This document shows positions 11,719-24,085 of a DNA stretch of 37,954 nt, one piece after another. The notes under the pieces were generated by a model. That model searched no databases. It was not told the origin of the DNA and saw only the letters and a program-made list of their open reading frames with translations. Made by a program: the position numbers and the translations under genes. Origin of the DNA: Octopus bimaculoides (taxonomy: Eukaryota); contig NC_068991.1 in the NCBI RefSeq assembly GCF_001194135.2, forward strand, positions 65,446,858-65,484,811, written 5' to 3'. How positions within the stretch are numbered: position 1 is the stretch's first letter; every line of letters begins with the position of its first letter.

Positions 11719-12107
11719 TTGGCACTCCGTCGCTTACGATGTCGAGGGTTCCAGTTGATCCGATCAACGGAACAGCCTGCTCGTGAAATTAACGTGCAAG
11801 TGGCTGAGCACTCCACAGACCACAGACACGTGTACCCTTAACGTAGTTCTCGGGGATATTCAGCGTGACACAGAGTGTGACAAGGCTGACCCTTTGAATT
11901 ACAGGCACAACAGAAACAGGAAGTAAGAGTGAGAGAAGGTTGTGGTGAAAGAGTACAGCAAGGTTCGCCACCATCCCCTGCTGGAGCCTTGTGGAGCTTT
12001 AGGTGTTTTCGCTTAATAAACACTCACAACACCCGGTCTGGGAATCAAAACCGCGATCCTATGACCGCGAGTCCGCTGCCCTAACCACTGGGCCATTGCG
12101 CCTCCAC
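11719..12107 (-). mobile_element. Full-length tRNA-derived SINE, family R, 12-bp TSD
   Basis: Head gtggaggcgcaatggcccagtggttagggcagcggactcgcggtcataggatcgcggtttt; 3' end ggagtgccaa; TSD actatcaatatg at 11707-11718 and 12108-12119. Confidence 0.93.
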
Positions 12108-12471
12108 ACTATCAATATGAGATATCAGTATTGTTTGTAACCATGTTGTATCAAGATAAATTAAAGATAAGAAAGAGTTAAATAATTGTTTTTAAACTGA
12201 CTTAAATCTAGCTATTTATTTACAAGTTTATTTATATTTGTTTATATATTTTTCCAAGGTCAATTTGTATTTACCAGATGTACTGGTTTGGCAAGAAGTT
12301 TTGTCTGAGAATGTGAGCAGAAACTGAAACAATCGCAGCATGGATAAGCCATTTAAAATACACATACATACATCACACTATTTCTACTCAATACACTTTC
12401 CTATACATTCACCTTTTCTGCTCTCCTATCCTATTCTGTCTCATATTCACCTTGTACCAGGACCTCACATT

Positions 12472-12514
<43 letters not shown>

Positions 12515-13577
12515 CCCTACCTATATTTCTATCTATCCATCTCCATTGTCAATGGAACTTCACCCAAAAAACAAAAACAATGTTCTCTTCTCCTAAGCCC
12601 CCCCGCCCACAAAAAAAACATCTGTTTTATATAAATGAACAAGCTGTTTGTATATTCACAAAATTTTATTTGACAAATTCAAGAAATGAAGGAAAGCGCC
12701 AANNNNNNNNNNNNNNNNNNNNNNNNNNNNNNNNNNNNNNNNNNNNNNNNNNNNNNNNNNNNNNNNNNNNNNNNNNNNNNNNNNNNNNNNNNNNNNNNNN
12801 NNNNNNNNNNNNNNNNNNNNNNNNNNNNNNNNNNNNNNNNNNNNNNNNNNNNNNNNNNNNNNNNNNNNNNNNNNNNNNNNNNNNNNNNNNNNNNNNNNNN
12901 NNNNNNNNNNNNNNNNNNNNNNNNNNNNNNNNNNNNNNNNNNNNNNNNNNNNNNNNNNNNNNNNNNNNNNNNNNNNNNNNNNNNNNNNNNNNNNNNNNNA
13001 TGTACGTATAAAAGAAATGAAAACCAAATCGATAAATTGAACAATTAAATAATTTAATCATTAAATGATAAATTCAGTTCAGTTTAATTATTTTATACAA
13101 ACAGATGACACATCTCATAAAGTACAGCTGTTTCCACTTCATTTATAAAACAAAGTTTTTCAAGAATAACAAAATCCTGTTTAAATATATAATGAGGTTT
13201 CATCATTATATATATATGGGAGAATTTACGAAAAAAACAACAGACAAAGACAGATGGTGTAAACAACAAATGGATATATTAGTTTAACGCTCGGGAATAG
13301 AGAAATATATATATATGAATGACAAGCTTCCTTTAATTACTGTCTTCTAGATCCACTTACAAAGCATTGATTGGACCAGGGCTATAGAAGAACACCCTTG
13401 TCCCAAGATGCCACATAGTGGAACTGAGCCAGAAATCATGTGTTTGGGAAGCAAACATCATAACACAACACATCTATGCCTGCACCTCTTTATTACCTTA
13501 TCTTTATTTGCACCACTGCTGGGTAAATCTATCTTATTTCATTGAGATTAGGAGGATTAAGTCAAAATAATACTTAC

Positions 13578-13641
13578 ACCTGGTTTCAGTAAATAATTAA
13601 TGGTATCAATCAAATCGAGCCGAGCTTCTTCAAAGAACAGA
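13578..13641 (-). CDS. CAMKMT: CAMKMT coding exon (64 nt), LFFEEARLDLIDTINYLLKPG
   Basis: Acceptor ttttgccattctag, donor gtaagt; completes ADCLFF; LLKPG motif. Confidence 0.95.
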
Positions 13642-13981
13642 CTAGAATGGCAAAAATGAAGAAAACTTAAAATGCAATACAGATAGATAATGTCTCATTT
13701 AACAGCACAATAATATGGGTTTCCTCATACTTTGGAAGAGCTACAACTTTGATTACATCTTATCTTTTGTTTTATTTTTTAGTTGTTTCAGTCACTGGTT
13801 TATGGCCATGCTGTGGCACTGTTAGATTTGTCTGACTGAAACTCGAACAAATCAGACCCAGCACATAGTGTGTCAGTCTCCGTTGCTGAACTGCTTAGTG
13901 ACAGGAAATGTAAATAACCCAACACCGGTTGTCAAGCAAGTGGTCGGGAGAGACTCAAACACACACACACACACACGCATG

Positions 13982-14025
<44 letters not shown>

Positions 14026-14141
14026 TGCACGCGCACGCGCACACACACACAAACACTCACATGTATATATGTATTTATATATGTACATATATATTTGTAT
14101 ATATGTGTGTGTGTATATATATATATACATACATATTTACA

Positions 14142-14226
<85 letters not shown>

Positions 14227-14229
14227 TTT

Positions 14230-14640
14230 GTTTTAGTTATTTGACTGCAACCATGCTGGAGCACTACCTTAAAGGTTTTAAGTTGAAGGAATCAACTCCA
14301 GGAATCATCTTTGTAAGCCTAGTACTTATTCTATCAGTTTCTTTTGCCAAACCACTATGTTACAGGGATGTAAACACACCAACATCGGTCATCAAGTGAT
14401 GTGAAGGTGGGGACACAAACACAGATACAAAGACACACACACATAGACATATACATACACATACATACGATGGACTTCTTTCAATTTCCCTCTACCAAAT
14501 CTACTCCCAAGGCTTTGGTTGCTCGAGGCTACACTAGAAAACACTTGCCCAAAGTACCATGCAATAGGACTGAACCTGGAACCATGTGGTTAGGAAGCAA
14601 GCTTCTTACCACACATCTATCTATCTATCTGTCTGTCTGT
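14230..14640 (-). mobile_element. SINE family K copy
   Basis: Matches the 24494-24920 copy over both halves and the internal (CA/TA)n tract. Confidence 0.8.
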
Positions 14641-14642
14641 CT

Positions 14643-15266
14643 ATCAATAAGTATGCGGACTGTTACCATAGTAACGAAGATAAAGCATGCAGAGTGAAGC
14701 TGCTTGGCTCATATTGACCTTGAACTCTGTTGTGCACGTGCACTAAGTTTTAACATTCTAGCTCACTTCCGCAGTTTACAGCAGTGCTTGGGAGGAAGGT
14801 GTGTAGCATGTGATCATCGCATTAACCATGACAGAGAAAGCCGAGCAGAGAATCTGCATCAAATTTTACCAAAAGCTTGGTGATACCTGCTCAGAGGCCT
14901 ACACAAAGTTTTCAAAAAGTTTTCATCATTCTCAACACAATCAAGGAGATCTTGGAAATGTCTGAACCATTTGTACACTTGCGTGCAGCTCATACACTCC
15001 TCTCCATACACTTTCTGCAACTTTGCCTAGGCCTCTGAACTGGTATCGCCATGGCAACTTTCTCTGCCGTGGTCAATGCAACGATCACACGCTACACACC
15101 TTTCTTCCAAGCTCTGCTGTAAACAGTGGAAATGAGCTAGAACGTTAAAACTTAGTGCACATGCACCACAGATTTCAAAGTCAATTTTTACCAAGTGACT
15201 TCACTCTGCATGCTTTAGCTTTGTTACTATGGCAATAGTCCACATTCTTATTGATCACGCCTCGTA
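14643..15266 (+). mobile_element. Non-autonomous mariner element with ~200-bp TIRs and a transposase N-terminal remnant
   Basis: 14643-14840 is the inverted counterpart of 15058-15266. The right end is ...ttgatcacgcctcgTA. ATG at 14828 opens MTEKAEQRICIKFYQKLGDTCSEAY, resembling a mariner N-terminal HTH start. Confidence 0.85.
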
Positions 15267-15294
15267 TGTATATGTATGTTTATGCATGTGTGCT

Positions 15295-15925
15295 GACATC
15301 ACTCCTTTATTCATATGAGACAAGGACCCTTTACAAATGTCATGTAAAGGTCCTTGAATGCCTTCATCAGAGATTTCTGAGACGCATTCTGAAAGTTGGC
15401 TGGACCTTAAAATCTCCAGAGGAAAGCTGATATCAGGAATGTTGAGGTGATGGTGAACAAGCACCAGTTATGTTGGACTGGACACCTTATTAGAATGAAG
15501 GATAACAGGATCCCTAAACAGATGCTATATAGAGAACTTGTTAGTGGAAAGAGATCCCAGCAGAAACCAAAGCTGCAATTTAAGGACTGTGTCAAGTCCT
15601 CATTAAAGGCCTGTGATATGCAGGAGACTGACTGGGAGAGCAATGTCTATCATTGCCACAGATGGATGAAGCAGGTTAAGAAGGAGGTCAAAACCTTTCA
15701 GAGAGCATGTATTCTGCATAAAGAATTTAAGCGTACTGCTCGAAAGTGCACTGCTAGTGTAGTAAATGGGGAAAGCTTGGTTTGCAATGTTTGCAGTCAT
15801 GTCTGCTTGTCAAGAGCAGGGCTCATTATCCAACAACAGAGCTGCGAATGCAAAATATAAGTTAGTCCAATGTTCCCAAAGGTCAGCAATGGTCTTCCTT
15901 GGTCACAAGTGAATGGCCATCATCA
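15295..15925 (+). mobile_element. RTE-clade LINE 3' fragment with C-terminal zinc-finger-like motif
   Basis: HQRFLRRIL upstream, then ORF 15447..15860: QLCWTGHLIRMKDNRIPKQMLYRELVSGKRSQQKPKLQFKD...CNVCSHVCLSRAGL. Ends in a (CAT)n tail. Confidence 0.88.
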
Positions 15926-15931
15926 TGTACA

Positions 15932-15989
<58 letters not shown>

Positions 15990-16156
15990 TACATACATAC
16001 ATACACGATAAGTTACCACACAGTTTCTTTCTAATAAATTCACTCACAAACCATTGGTTACCCTGGAGCTATAGTACAAGACATTTGCCCTTTTAAGGCA
16101 GTGCTTCACAACAATTAGGTCTCACAATCTGGAAGTAGTTATATTTATATCTATCT

Positions 16157-16195
<39 letters not shown>

Positions 16196-16251
16196 CACAC
16201 ACACACATACATGCATATACATATATACACATAAATATATGCACATATACA

Positions 16252-16296
<45 letters not shown>

Positions 16297-17046
16297 CATC
16301 ATCATCATCACCACCATCATTTAACGTCCGTTTTCCATGCTGGCATGGGTTGGACTGTTTGACAGGAGCTGCCCAGGCTCTATGTATGTTTAAAGTGGGA
16401 CACCACTATATGTGTGCATGTACCTAACGTAACCCAGACTGGAAAAATTGATGTAGCATGATATGATGCACAACATCTCACCCATAAAGGATGGTTGCAG
16501 GATGGGTCGAAACTACAGTTTCCAGTAGTTTCCAGCAGTTTCCAGCTCATCATTCTCCACCTTGGTCTCAGGTCTACCATGGGGCTGATTTTCAAGAGTA
16601 AAGTCACCAGATCTCATTGATGTTTCAAGATGTCTGGGATGCACTGGTTCCCCAACAGAACTCATATTCATAAACAACACCAATTTTTTTGTCTATTCAT
16701 GGGTTCACAAAAATTGATTTACAAGAGAAAACTCACAATATAATCAGACACCATGAATTGCATTTTGAAAATTGATGATGTAACTTTTCAATGTTGTAAT
16801 CACAAAGAATTGTCAGGATAAAACATTAGAGTTAATGACTGTTAAACTTGGTGCATAAGAAAATCGGACATTTCATTCTTAATAATCTGATTATATATAT
16901 ATAATGGATGTAATAACAAGTGGAAGCCCGTCGTTTTCACTGGTATGCCTTAAATTTAATTAGATAACAAATAAGAAGGAAGCAAAGATGCAGGTAGCAT
17001 TAATTATCCCTTAGAGGTATTAAACTCCTCTAACTGATACCTACAC

Positions 17047-17158
<112 letters not shown>

Positions 17159-17199
17159 TATTATATACATGTATATATGTATATATACATATATATAAA

Positions 17200-17510
17200 C
17201 ATATGTATATATGTGTGGCACCTTGGGCAAAGGTCTTCTACTGTAGCCTGAGGCAGACCAAAGCCTTGTGAATGGATTTGGTAGATGGAAGCTGAAAGAA
17301 GCCTGTCTAATACATACATATGTGTATGCGTGTGTGTGTGTGTGTATGTGTGTTTGTGCCTGTGTTTGTCTTCCCTGTCCTTGTAACTTAGCGGTTTGAT
17401 AAAAGAGTCCAATAAAATAAATATCAGGCTTAGAAAAAATAAGTATTGGAGTTGATTCATTTGACTAAATATTCTTCAAGGTGATGCCTCAGTATGGCCG
17501 CAGTCTAAGG
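17200..17510 (+). mobile_element. SINE family K copy, 5'-truncated
   Basis: gtggcaccttgggcaa...gaaagaagcc, (TG)n, gtaacttagcggtttg...cagtatggccgcagtc. Confidence 0.8.
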
Positions 17511-18089
17511 TCATCCACTTAATATATCACATCTCGAACATTTAATCACATATAAAGAAACATAATGCTTTTTCATATACATAGAATACAGATGCACAAA
17601 ATCACAGAAGATGAAACAATATTTCATTTAGACAAGCATATAGAAAGAAGTGAAAAGTACTATCTATCGCAAAAAAAATCCTTAAGTAATCTATGTAGAT
17701 ACCATTGGTGGAACACATTCAACTTCTGAATGATCTTTCTCCTAGACAATGCGTAACTGGTACTTATTTAATTGACTCCGAAAGGATGAAAGGCAAAGTC
17801 AACCTTGACAGAATTTGAACTCAGAACGAAATACTGGCAGAAGAAATACCACTAAGCATTTCGCCCATTGTGCTAATGATTCTGCCAGAGGAAATAGTGT
17901 ATTAGTGATCAACTTGTAGATGTGTGATTAAAAACTTTGGTAATAATATATTATTATTATTATTATTAAATAACATTAATGTGAAAGTATGTATAACTGA
18001 ATGCATGTTCTATTATCATGTCTTAATCCTAGTTCCACCCTTGCAGTTGACCAGTACATTTGGCTGCAAGACATCATTAGATATCCTGG

Positions 18090-18430
18090 CTTTGGGTGCA
18101 GTCGCTTGTATCATCTTTGATTGCTTCTGATCTTTTTTGAAGGTGGCATGCCATGTCTTCTTGGGTCTCCCTTTTTTTCTTCATCTCTTTAATGATACCC
18201 ACAGTACAGCTGTCTTGGGTTTTTGTACTTTGGAAAACATAACTAGCAAGTCTCACTTTTCTTGTTGCCACAACCTCCTGCATGTTGTGCAGATTAGCTC
18301 TTCGCAGGACTTCGGAATTGGTAACTGTGATCTTGAGTAATCTATGTAGATACCATTGGTGGAACACATTCAACTTCTGAAAGATCTTTCTCCTAGACAG
18401 ACTGCTGTTGGCAGGACAACACTCTGCTAC
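18090..18430 (-). mobile_element. Degenerate RTE-like LINE fragment (post-RT region)
   Basis: ORF 18077..18499 contains KLNVFHQWYLHRLLKITVTNSEVLRRANLHNMQEVVATRKVRLASYV, matching the RTE pattern F(H)xRCLRxIL...VTNxEVL...LRxxGH. Confidence 0.75.
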
Positions 18431-19078
18431 AGCATGAAGTGATTTACAATGTTCTATTTTAAACACTGCCAAACTAATAAAACTATATGTTCCGTACAAG
18501 CTCCAAAAAAAATTTTCGGACGAAAAAAAAAATCAAATTTTTATTGTAATTTAAGCGCTAATGCATTTAATGTGGCTCCAAGAAAATTCTAATTAATCAA
18601 GGCTAGGAATTATAAAACATTGGATCAGCGCTGATATCTACTTTAGACAAGCAGGGGAAGCAACTCCAGGACATACACAAACTGAAATGAGTTGAGTGTA
18701 GAAGCTAAAATTTCATTATAATTTAATAAAATTGAGAATAGGCTTGTAGTGAGAAGAAAAACAATCTAATCTATGACACTATGACAACGCCATCCATGAT
18801 TATGTCGTATTAGATTTTCGCAACGAAGAATAAGAGAAAGAGATCTTTAATAAAGAATTGCTAAATGCATGTACAGTAACACAGACAAAATTTACGTAAC
18901 AACACTGCATAAAGACCGAAGGAAAACTGTCCAGAGATGACATATAGATGGAAAATAATTTGTAAAGTAAAATCTAAAACAATCAACGTGAGAAAACTTA
19001 TGAGCTAATAAAAAAAAAAACTGCTCTTACTGAAATATTGTCGGTTGGAGATTACAGTTTAGATTTGGAAGAACTTAC

Positions 19079-19153
19079 CAGTCAGCACAGAGAATATAAT
19101 TAAATTTCTCAGGGCATTTTAAGCTGTCTAAATCATTGTTCCACCGTAAAGAT
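19079..19153 (-). CDS. CAMKMT: CAMKMT coding exon (75 nt), SLRWNNDLDSLKCPEKFNYILCAD(C)
   Basis: Acceptor ttattgttacag, donor gtaagt; LRW and ILCADC motifs. Confidence 0.95.
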
Positions 19154-19329
19154 CTGTAACAATAAATAAATAAATAAAGTGTAAAAAATCATTGTTTTAG
19201 TTTGGGACTAACGTGAATTATCTCCCCTCGCATAACTAACCATGTAAGCAAAGTGATAGTAATTAGCACGATTCAAATTTCATTAAAAATTTCAATTAAT
19301 GATTTATAAATTTCCGTGTGGGACAAAAA

Positions 19330-19552
19330 TATATTTATTTCTTTATTGCCCACAGGGGGCTAAACATAGAGGAGACAAACAAGGACAGACAAAGGGATTA
19401 AGTCGATTGCATCGACTCCAGTCCGTAACTGCTACTTATTTAATCGACCCCGAAAGGATGAAAGGCAAAGTCGACCTCGGCGGAATTTGAACGCAGAACG
19501 TAACAGCAGATGGAATACGGCTGAACATTTCGTCCGGCGTATTAACGATTCT
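19330..19552 (-). mobile_element. SINE family M copy with intact 3' tail
   Basis: Reverse complement of the 33129-33347 copy; ends gcccc(c)tgtgggcaataaagaaataaat. Confidence 0.88.
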
Positions 19553-19935
19553 ATAAAACTCATCCGTGGTTTAAATTTAAAACTAAATTCTCAAAATAAA
19601 TTTGTACATTTTCATAAATTTAAATAAAACAGTTTAAGAACGCAAGATAACGCTAATAATATAGCCTGAACAGGATAAGCTATCCCTATTTTGCAGAAAA
19701 AAAGTGTAGGCGGCCACGAGTGAGATTTTAAAATCACTTCTGTAACTTTCTAAGACATCTCAACGCTTCTAAAAGCAAACTTCGTTTGTTTATTTACGTT
19801 TGTCGTAATTTGAATTTAGTTTAAGAACTGTTTAAATATTGATGTTAGTTACCTCCCTTGCGCATGAAATGAAACCTTTTACATTCTTTTTAAATTTAAA
19901 ATCCGTAACCAATATGTTTAACTTTAGCCTTTTAT

Positions 19936-20051
19936 TTAACTCTTTAGAATTTAAACCGGCCATATTTGTCCCAAATATTCTACTTGGTTTATGTTCAAAC
20001 CAGCCAGATCTGACCTCTCACACTTACCCAACAACGTCGTTGTAACAATAA
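19936..20051. mobile_element. Possible left end of a piggyBac-like MITE, truncated by the gap
   Basis: TTAA|CTCTTTAG terminus resembles the TTAA|CCC piggyBac end. The other end would lie in the gap at 20052-20734. Confidence 0.35.
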
Positions 20052-20747
20052 NNNNNNNNNNNNNNNNNNNNNNNNNNNNNNNNNNNNNNNNNNNNNNNNN
20101 NNNNNNNNNNNNNNNNNNNNNNNNNNNNNNNNNNNNNNNNNNNNNNNNNNNNNNNNNNNNNNNNNNNNNNNNNNNNNNNNNNNNNNNNNNNNNNNNNNNN
20201 NNNNNNNNNNNNNNNNNNNNNNNNNNNNNNNNNNNNNNNNNNNNNNNNNNNNNNNNNNNNNNNNNNNNNNNNNNNNNNNNNNNNNNNNNNNNNNNNNNNN
20301 NNNNNNNNNNNNNNNNNNNNNNNNNNNNNNNNNNNNNNNNNNNNNNNNNNNNNNNNNNNNNNNNNNNNNNNNNNNNNNNNNNNNNNNNNNNNNNNNNNNN
20401 NNNNNNNNNNNNNNNNNNNNNNNNNNNNNNNNNNNNNNNNNNNNNNNNNNNNNNNNNNNNNNNNNNNNNNNNNNNNNNNNNNNNNNNNNNNNNNNNNNNN
20501 NNNNNNNNNNNNNNNNNNNNNNNNNNNNNNNNNNNNNNNNNNNNNNNNNNNNNNNNNNNNNNNNNNNNNNNNNNNNNNNNNNNNNNNNNNNNNNNNNNNN
20601 NNNNNNNNNNNNNNNNNNNNNNNNNNNNNNNNNNNNNNNNNNNNNNNNNNNNNNNNNNNNNNNNNNNNNNNNNNNNNNNNNNNNNNNNNNNNNNNNNNNN
20701 NNNNNNNNNNNNNNNNNNNNNNNNNNNNNNNNNNGGGCAGATATATA

Positions 20748-21044
20748 GGATCTGTTCAGTTTGGCTCACAGATTTTTAATTCATTTTTTTTTTTTAACTA
20801 AACAGCTTGAAACTTCGTATACTGGTGGAATGTCTCAGGCAGAACAGGTTTACTTTGAACATTTTTGACAAAATTTGGTATTTTAGAAGTTATTTCATGT
20901 GAAAGTTGAACATTTTTGACAAAATTTGGTATTTTAGAAGTTATTTCATGTTAAAGTTGTCGTATTTAGGTAATTTAAACAAACTGTTTTAGTTACAAAA
21001 AAAAAAATCAATTAAAAGATCGGTGAGCCAAACTGAAAAGATCC
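20748..21044. mobile_element. Second GGATC-ended MITE with 8-bp TSD (Merlin-like) and internal 51-bp tandem duplication
   Basis: TIR GGATCT(G/T)TTCAGTTTGGCTCAC. TSD gatatata at 20740-20747 and 21045-21052. Shares gttatt(t/c)catgttaaagttgtcgtattt with the 7926-8505 element. Duplicated unit at 20855-20905 and 20906-20956. Confidence 0.87.
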
Positions 21045-21225
21045 GATATATAAAGTGTATCATCAATCCAGGCTAACAAAACAGTGATGTCAGCCAGCCT
21101 CATGGCAAGAGCCAGCTTATCATTTATCCCATAATCAAAATACAGAAATTTAATACAGCAGGCTGTGTAATATAATGTCAGGTTTAGTGGGAAAAGCTGA
21201 ATTTCTACATAAAATACAAGATTAC

Positions 21226-21292
21226 CTGGCGTAGACTTCTGTGCCACCAAATATATTTCTTTTCTGATTATTCTTCACAATATGCCGAACAT
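21226..21292 (-). CDS. CAMKMT: CAMKMT coding exon (67 nt), (N)VRHIVKNNQKRNIFGGTEVYA(R)
   Basis: Acceptor ggcttctattttag, donor gtaatc; phases 1 and 2 fit both neighbouring exons. Confidence 0.9.
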
Positions 21293-21822
21293 CTAAAATA
21301 GAAGCCAGAAACCCAATGAACCAACATTAGAAAAGAAAAGGAAGATATAATACGATAATTATGATTCTCAGTACTGGAATAAGGTTACATTATTTAAGGA
21401 GGTGGAGGTAGGAAGGGGGATGAGGGATACAGGGGGTTCAGAAGGGGTACAGGAGGGGTGGCAAGAAAGGGACAGAAAGGGGACAAGAGGAGGGACAGGA
21501 GAAGGTGTTTTTATCCTTTGTCGTTCACCTTTAAAAAAAGGACATATTAGTCAATGTTACCCAGAATACACTATCTTTTCATCATTTACTTGTTTCAGTT
21601 ATTGGACTGTGGCCATGCTAGGGCACCACCTTCAAGGGCTTAGCTGAACAAGTCGATCCTAATACTTATTTTTAAAGTCTTGTACTTGTGTTATGGGGAT
21701 GTAAACAAACTAACATCAGTTGTCAAGTAATGTTAGTAGTGAGAGGGACAAGCTCAAGCATAAAGGTATACACATATACAAACATCATTACCATCCATTA
21801 TTAACTTAGGGGAAACATTATA

Positions 21823-22082
21823 AAAATAAATAAATGCGCCCTTTTAAAGTTTAGCCAGGCTCATGGGCCTGGTTTCCCGGTTTCAATAGCATATGCATTC
21901 CCCAGCTGGATGGGACACCAGTCCATCGCAGCATTACTCATTTTTGCCAGCTGAGTGGACTGGAGCAACGTGAAATGAAGTGTTTTGCTCAAGAACACAA
22001 CGCGTCGCCCAGTCCAGGAATCGAAACCACAATCTTACAATCATGGTGCTGACACCCTAACCACTATGCCACGCGCCTCCAC
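21823..22082 (-). mobile_element. Full-length tRNA-derived SINE with V-domain-like core, 13-bp TSD
   Basis: Head gtggaggcgcgtggcatagtggttagggtgtc; core gcgatggactggtgtcccatccagctgggg...gaaaccgggaaacc; TSD gggaaacattata at 21810-21822 and 22084-22096. Confidence 0.85.
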
Positions 22083-22324
22083 AGGGAAACATTATACTTT
22101 CACTTTTTTTTACTGGTTCTAACTTGTTGGCTGTGTCCATGCTGTGGATATTGTTGAGATATCATAGCTCTTTGTTCACAGCCTTTATTTCTGTGAACCC
22201 ACTGACTGTATGTAGCCTTCAATTGTCTTCCTTCCAGCTACAAAGCCATAACATTTCAAACTGAACATTAACCACAGATGACATACATACATACATACAG
22301 ACAGACAGACAGAGACACACTGGT

Positions 22325-22366
<42 letters not shown>

Positions 22367-22619
22367 CTAAGCAGGGTCCAGTGAGGTGTGACTGTAATAA
22401 TTAACTCCTTTCCTAGCTGACTAGGGCCTAATGAGATGTAACATAGATATTTAATGTCTATTTCCGCTCAGCAAAATCTATTGATGTGTGACATATATAA
22501 AACCCTCCTACTAACAGAATAGGCTTTAATGAAGTGTGACAGATGCATTGAAGAACACCAGGGTCTTACATATGTAATATACCTAGATAAAAATCTTTGA
22601 TCATCCGAGCATATCCAAA

Positions 22620-22783
22620 CAGGTATAGCTGCTGTGGTAATAAGTTTGCTTCCCAACCACATGGTTCTGGGTTCAAACTCACTGCATGGTACCTTGGGCA
22701 AGTGTCTTCTACTATAGCTCTGGGCCAACCAAAGCCTTGTGAATGGATTTGGTAGACGGAAACTGTAAGAAGCTTGTCACACA

Positions 22784-22840
<57 letters not shown>

Positions 22841-22873
22841 NNNNNNNNNNNNNNNNNNNNNNNNNNNNNNNNN

Positions 22874-22954
<81 letters not shown>

Positions 22955-23190
22955 ATATATGCATGTATATATTTATGTGTGTGCGCCATTGTGTTTGTAT
23001 TTGTCTTGCACCACTGTTTGACAACTGATGTTGGTTTGTTTACATCCTGGTAACTTAGCAGTTCAGCAAAACTGGCCGACAGAATAAGTACCAGGCTTAT
23101 GAAAACAAGTACTACAGCTGAATTGTTTGATTGAACCCTTCAAGGCAGTGCCCTAGCATGGCTGCTGTCCAATGATTGAAACAAGAAAAA
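22620..23190 (+). mobile_element. SINE family K copy; the gap at 22841-22873 lies inside its (CA)n tract
   Basis: Both halves of the family consensus flank the (CA)n tract and gap. Confidence 0.83.
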
Positions 23191-23708
23191 GATAGCAGAT
23201 ATGTTGACAAAAATTCTCTTTAGGTAAACAACAAACAAGGGAGATGACTCCTACAAGAACTTCTGGACATGCGTGAACAAGTTAAGAACTGCTGGTAGAG
23301 TTGTTAGCACGCCAAACGAAATGCTTAGCGATATTTTGCCCATTGCTACATTCTGAGTTCAAATTCCACCGGGGTTGACTTTGCCTTTCATCCTTTTGGG
23401 GGATCAATTAAATAAGTACCTGTTACACACTGGGGTCGATGCAATCGACTTAATCTCTTGCCCCAAATTTGAGGCTTTGTGCTTCCAGTAGAAATAACTT
23501 TAGCTCACTCTCTCCTTCAAATCGACGTTGCCTGAACAGGTGTACAGTGTGCCAAATGCCAGGTGTTGAAGAGACTGCAGAGTAATGTAAGATGAAGTAT
23601 TTTGCTCAAGAACACAATACACCACCTGATTCAGAAATTGAAACCATGAACTTGTGATCATGAATGCAACACTCTAACCACTAGGCCATGCATTCTCACT
23701 GCATGTGT

Positions 23709-24085
23709 GTGTTGGCACTCCGTCGCTTACGACGTCGAGGGTTCCAGTTGATCTGATCAACAGAACAGCCTGCTCGTGAAATTAACATGCAAGTGGCTGA
23801 ACACTCCACAGATACGTGTACCCTTAACATAGTTCTCGGGGATATTCAGCGTGACACAGTGTGACAAGGCTGACCCTTTGAATTACAGGCACAACAGAAA
23901 CAGGAAGTAAGAGTGAGAGAAAGTTGTGGTGAAAGAGTACAGCAGGGTTCGCCACCATCCCCTGCCGGAGCCTCGTGGAGCTTTTAGGTGTTTTCGCTCA
24001 ATAAACACTCACAATGCCCGGTCTGGGAATCGAAACCGCGATCCTATGACCGTGAGCTCTAACCACTGGGCCACTGCGCCTCCAC
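23709..24085 (-). mobile_element. Full-length SINE family R copy with TSD
   Basis: Near-identical to 11719-12107 with a small internal deletion in the head; TSD tctcactgcat at 23694-23704 and 24086-24096. Confidence 0.92.

Noticed and set aside
11990-12107. tRNA-like sequences here and at the heads of the other SINEs (about 22000-22082, 24000-24085, 29860-29941)
   Set aside because: They continue into SINE bodies and are flanked by TSDs; these are SINE heads, not tRNA genes.
11129-15925. RTE fragments as the mobilising partners of the local SINEs
   Set aside because: Their 3' ends, (CTGAC)n and (CAT)n, show no visible shared tail with SINE families A, K, M or R, so no partnership can be claimed from this window.
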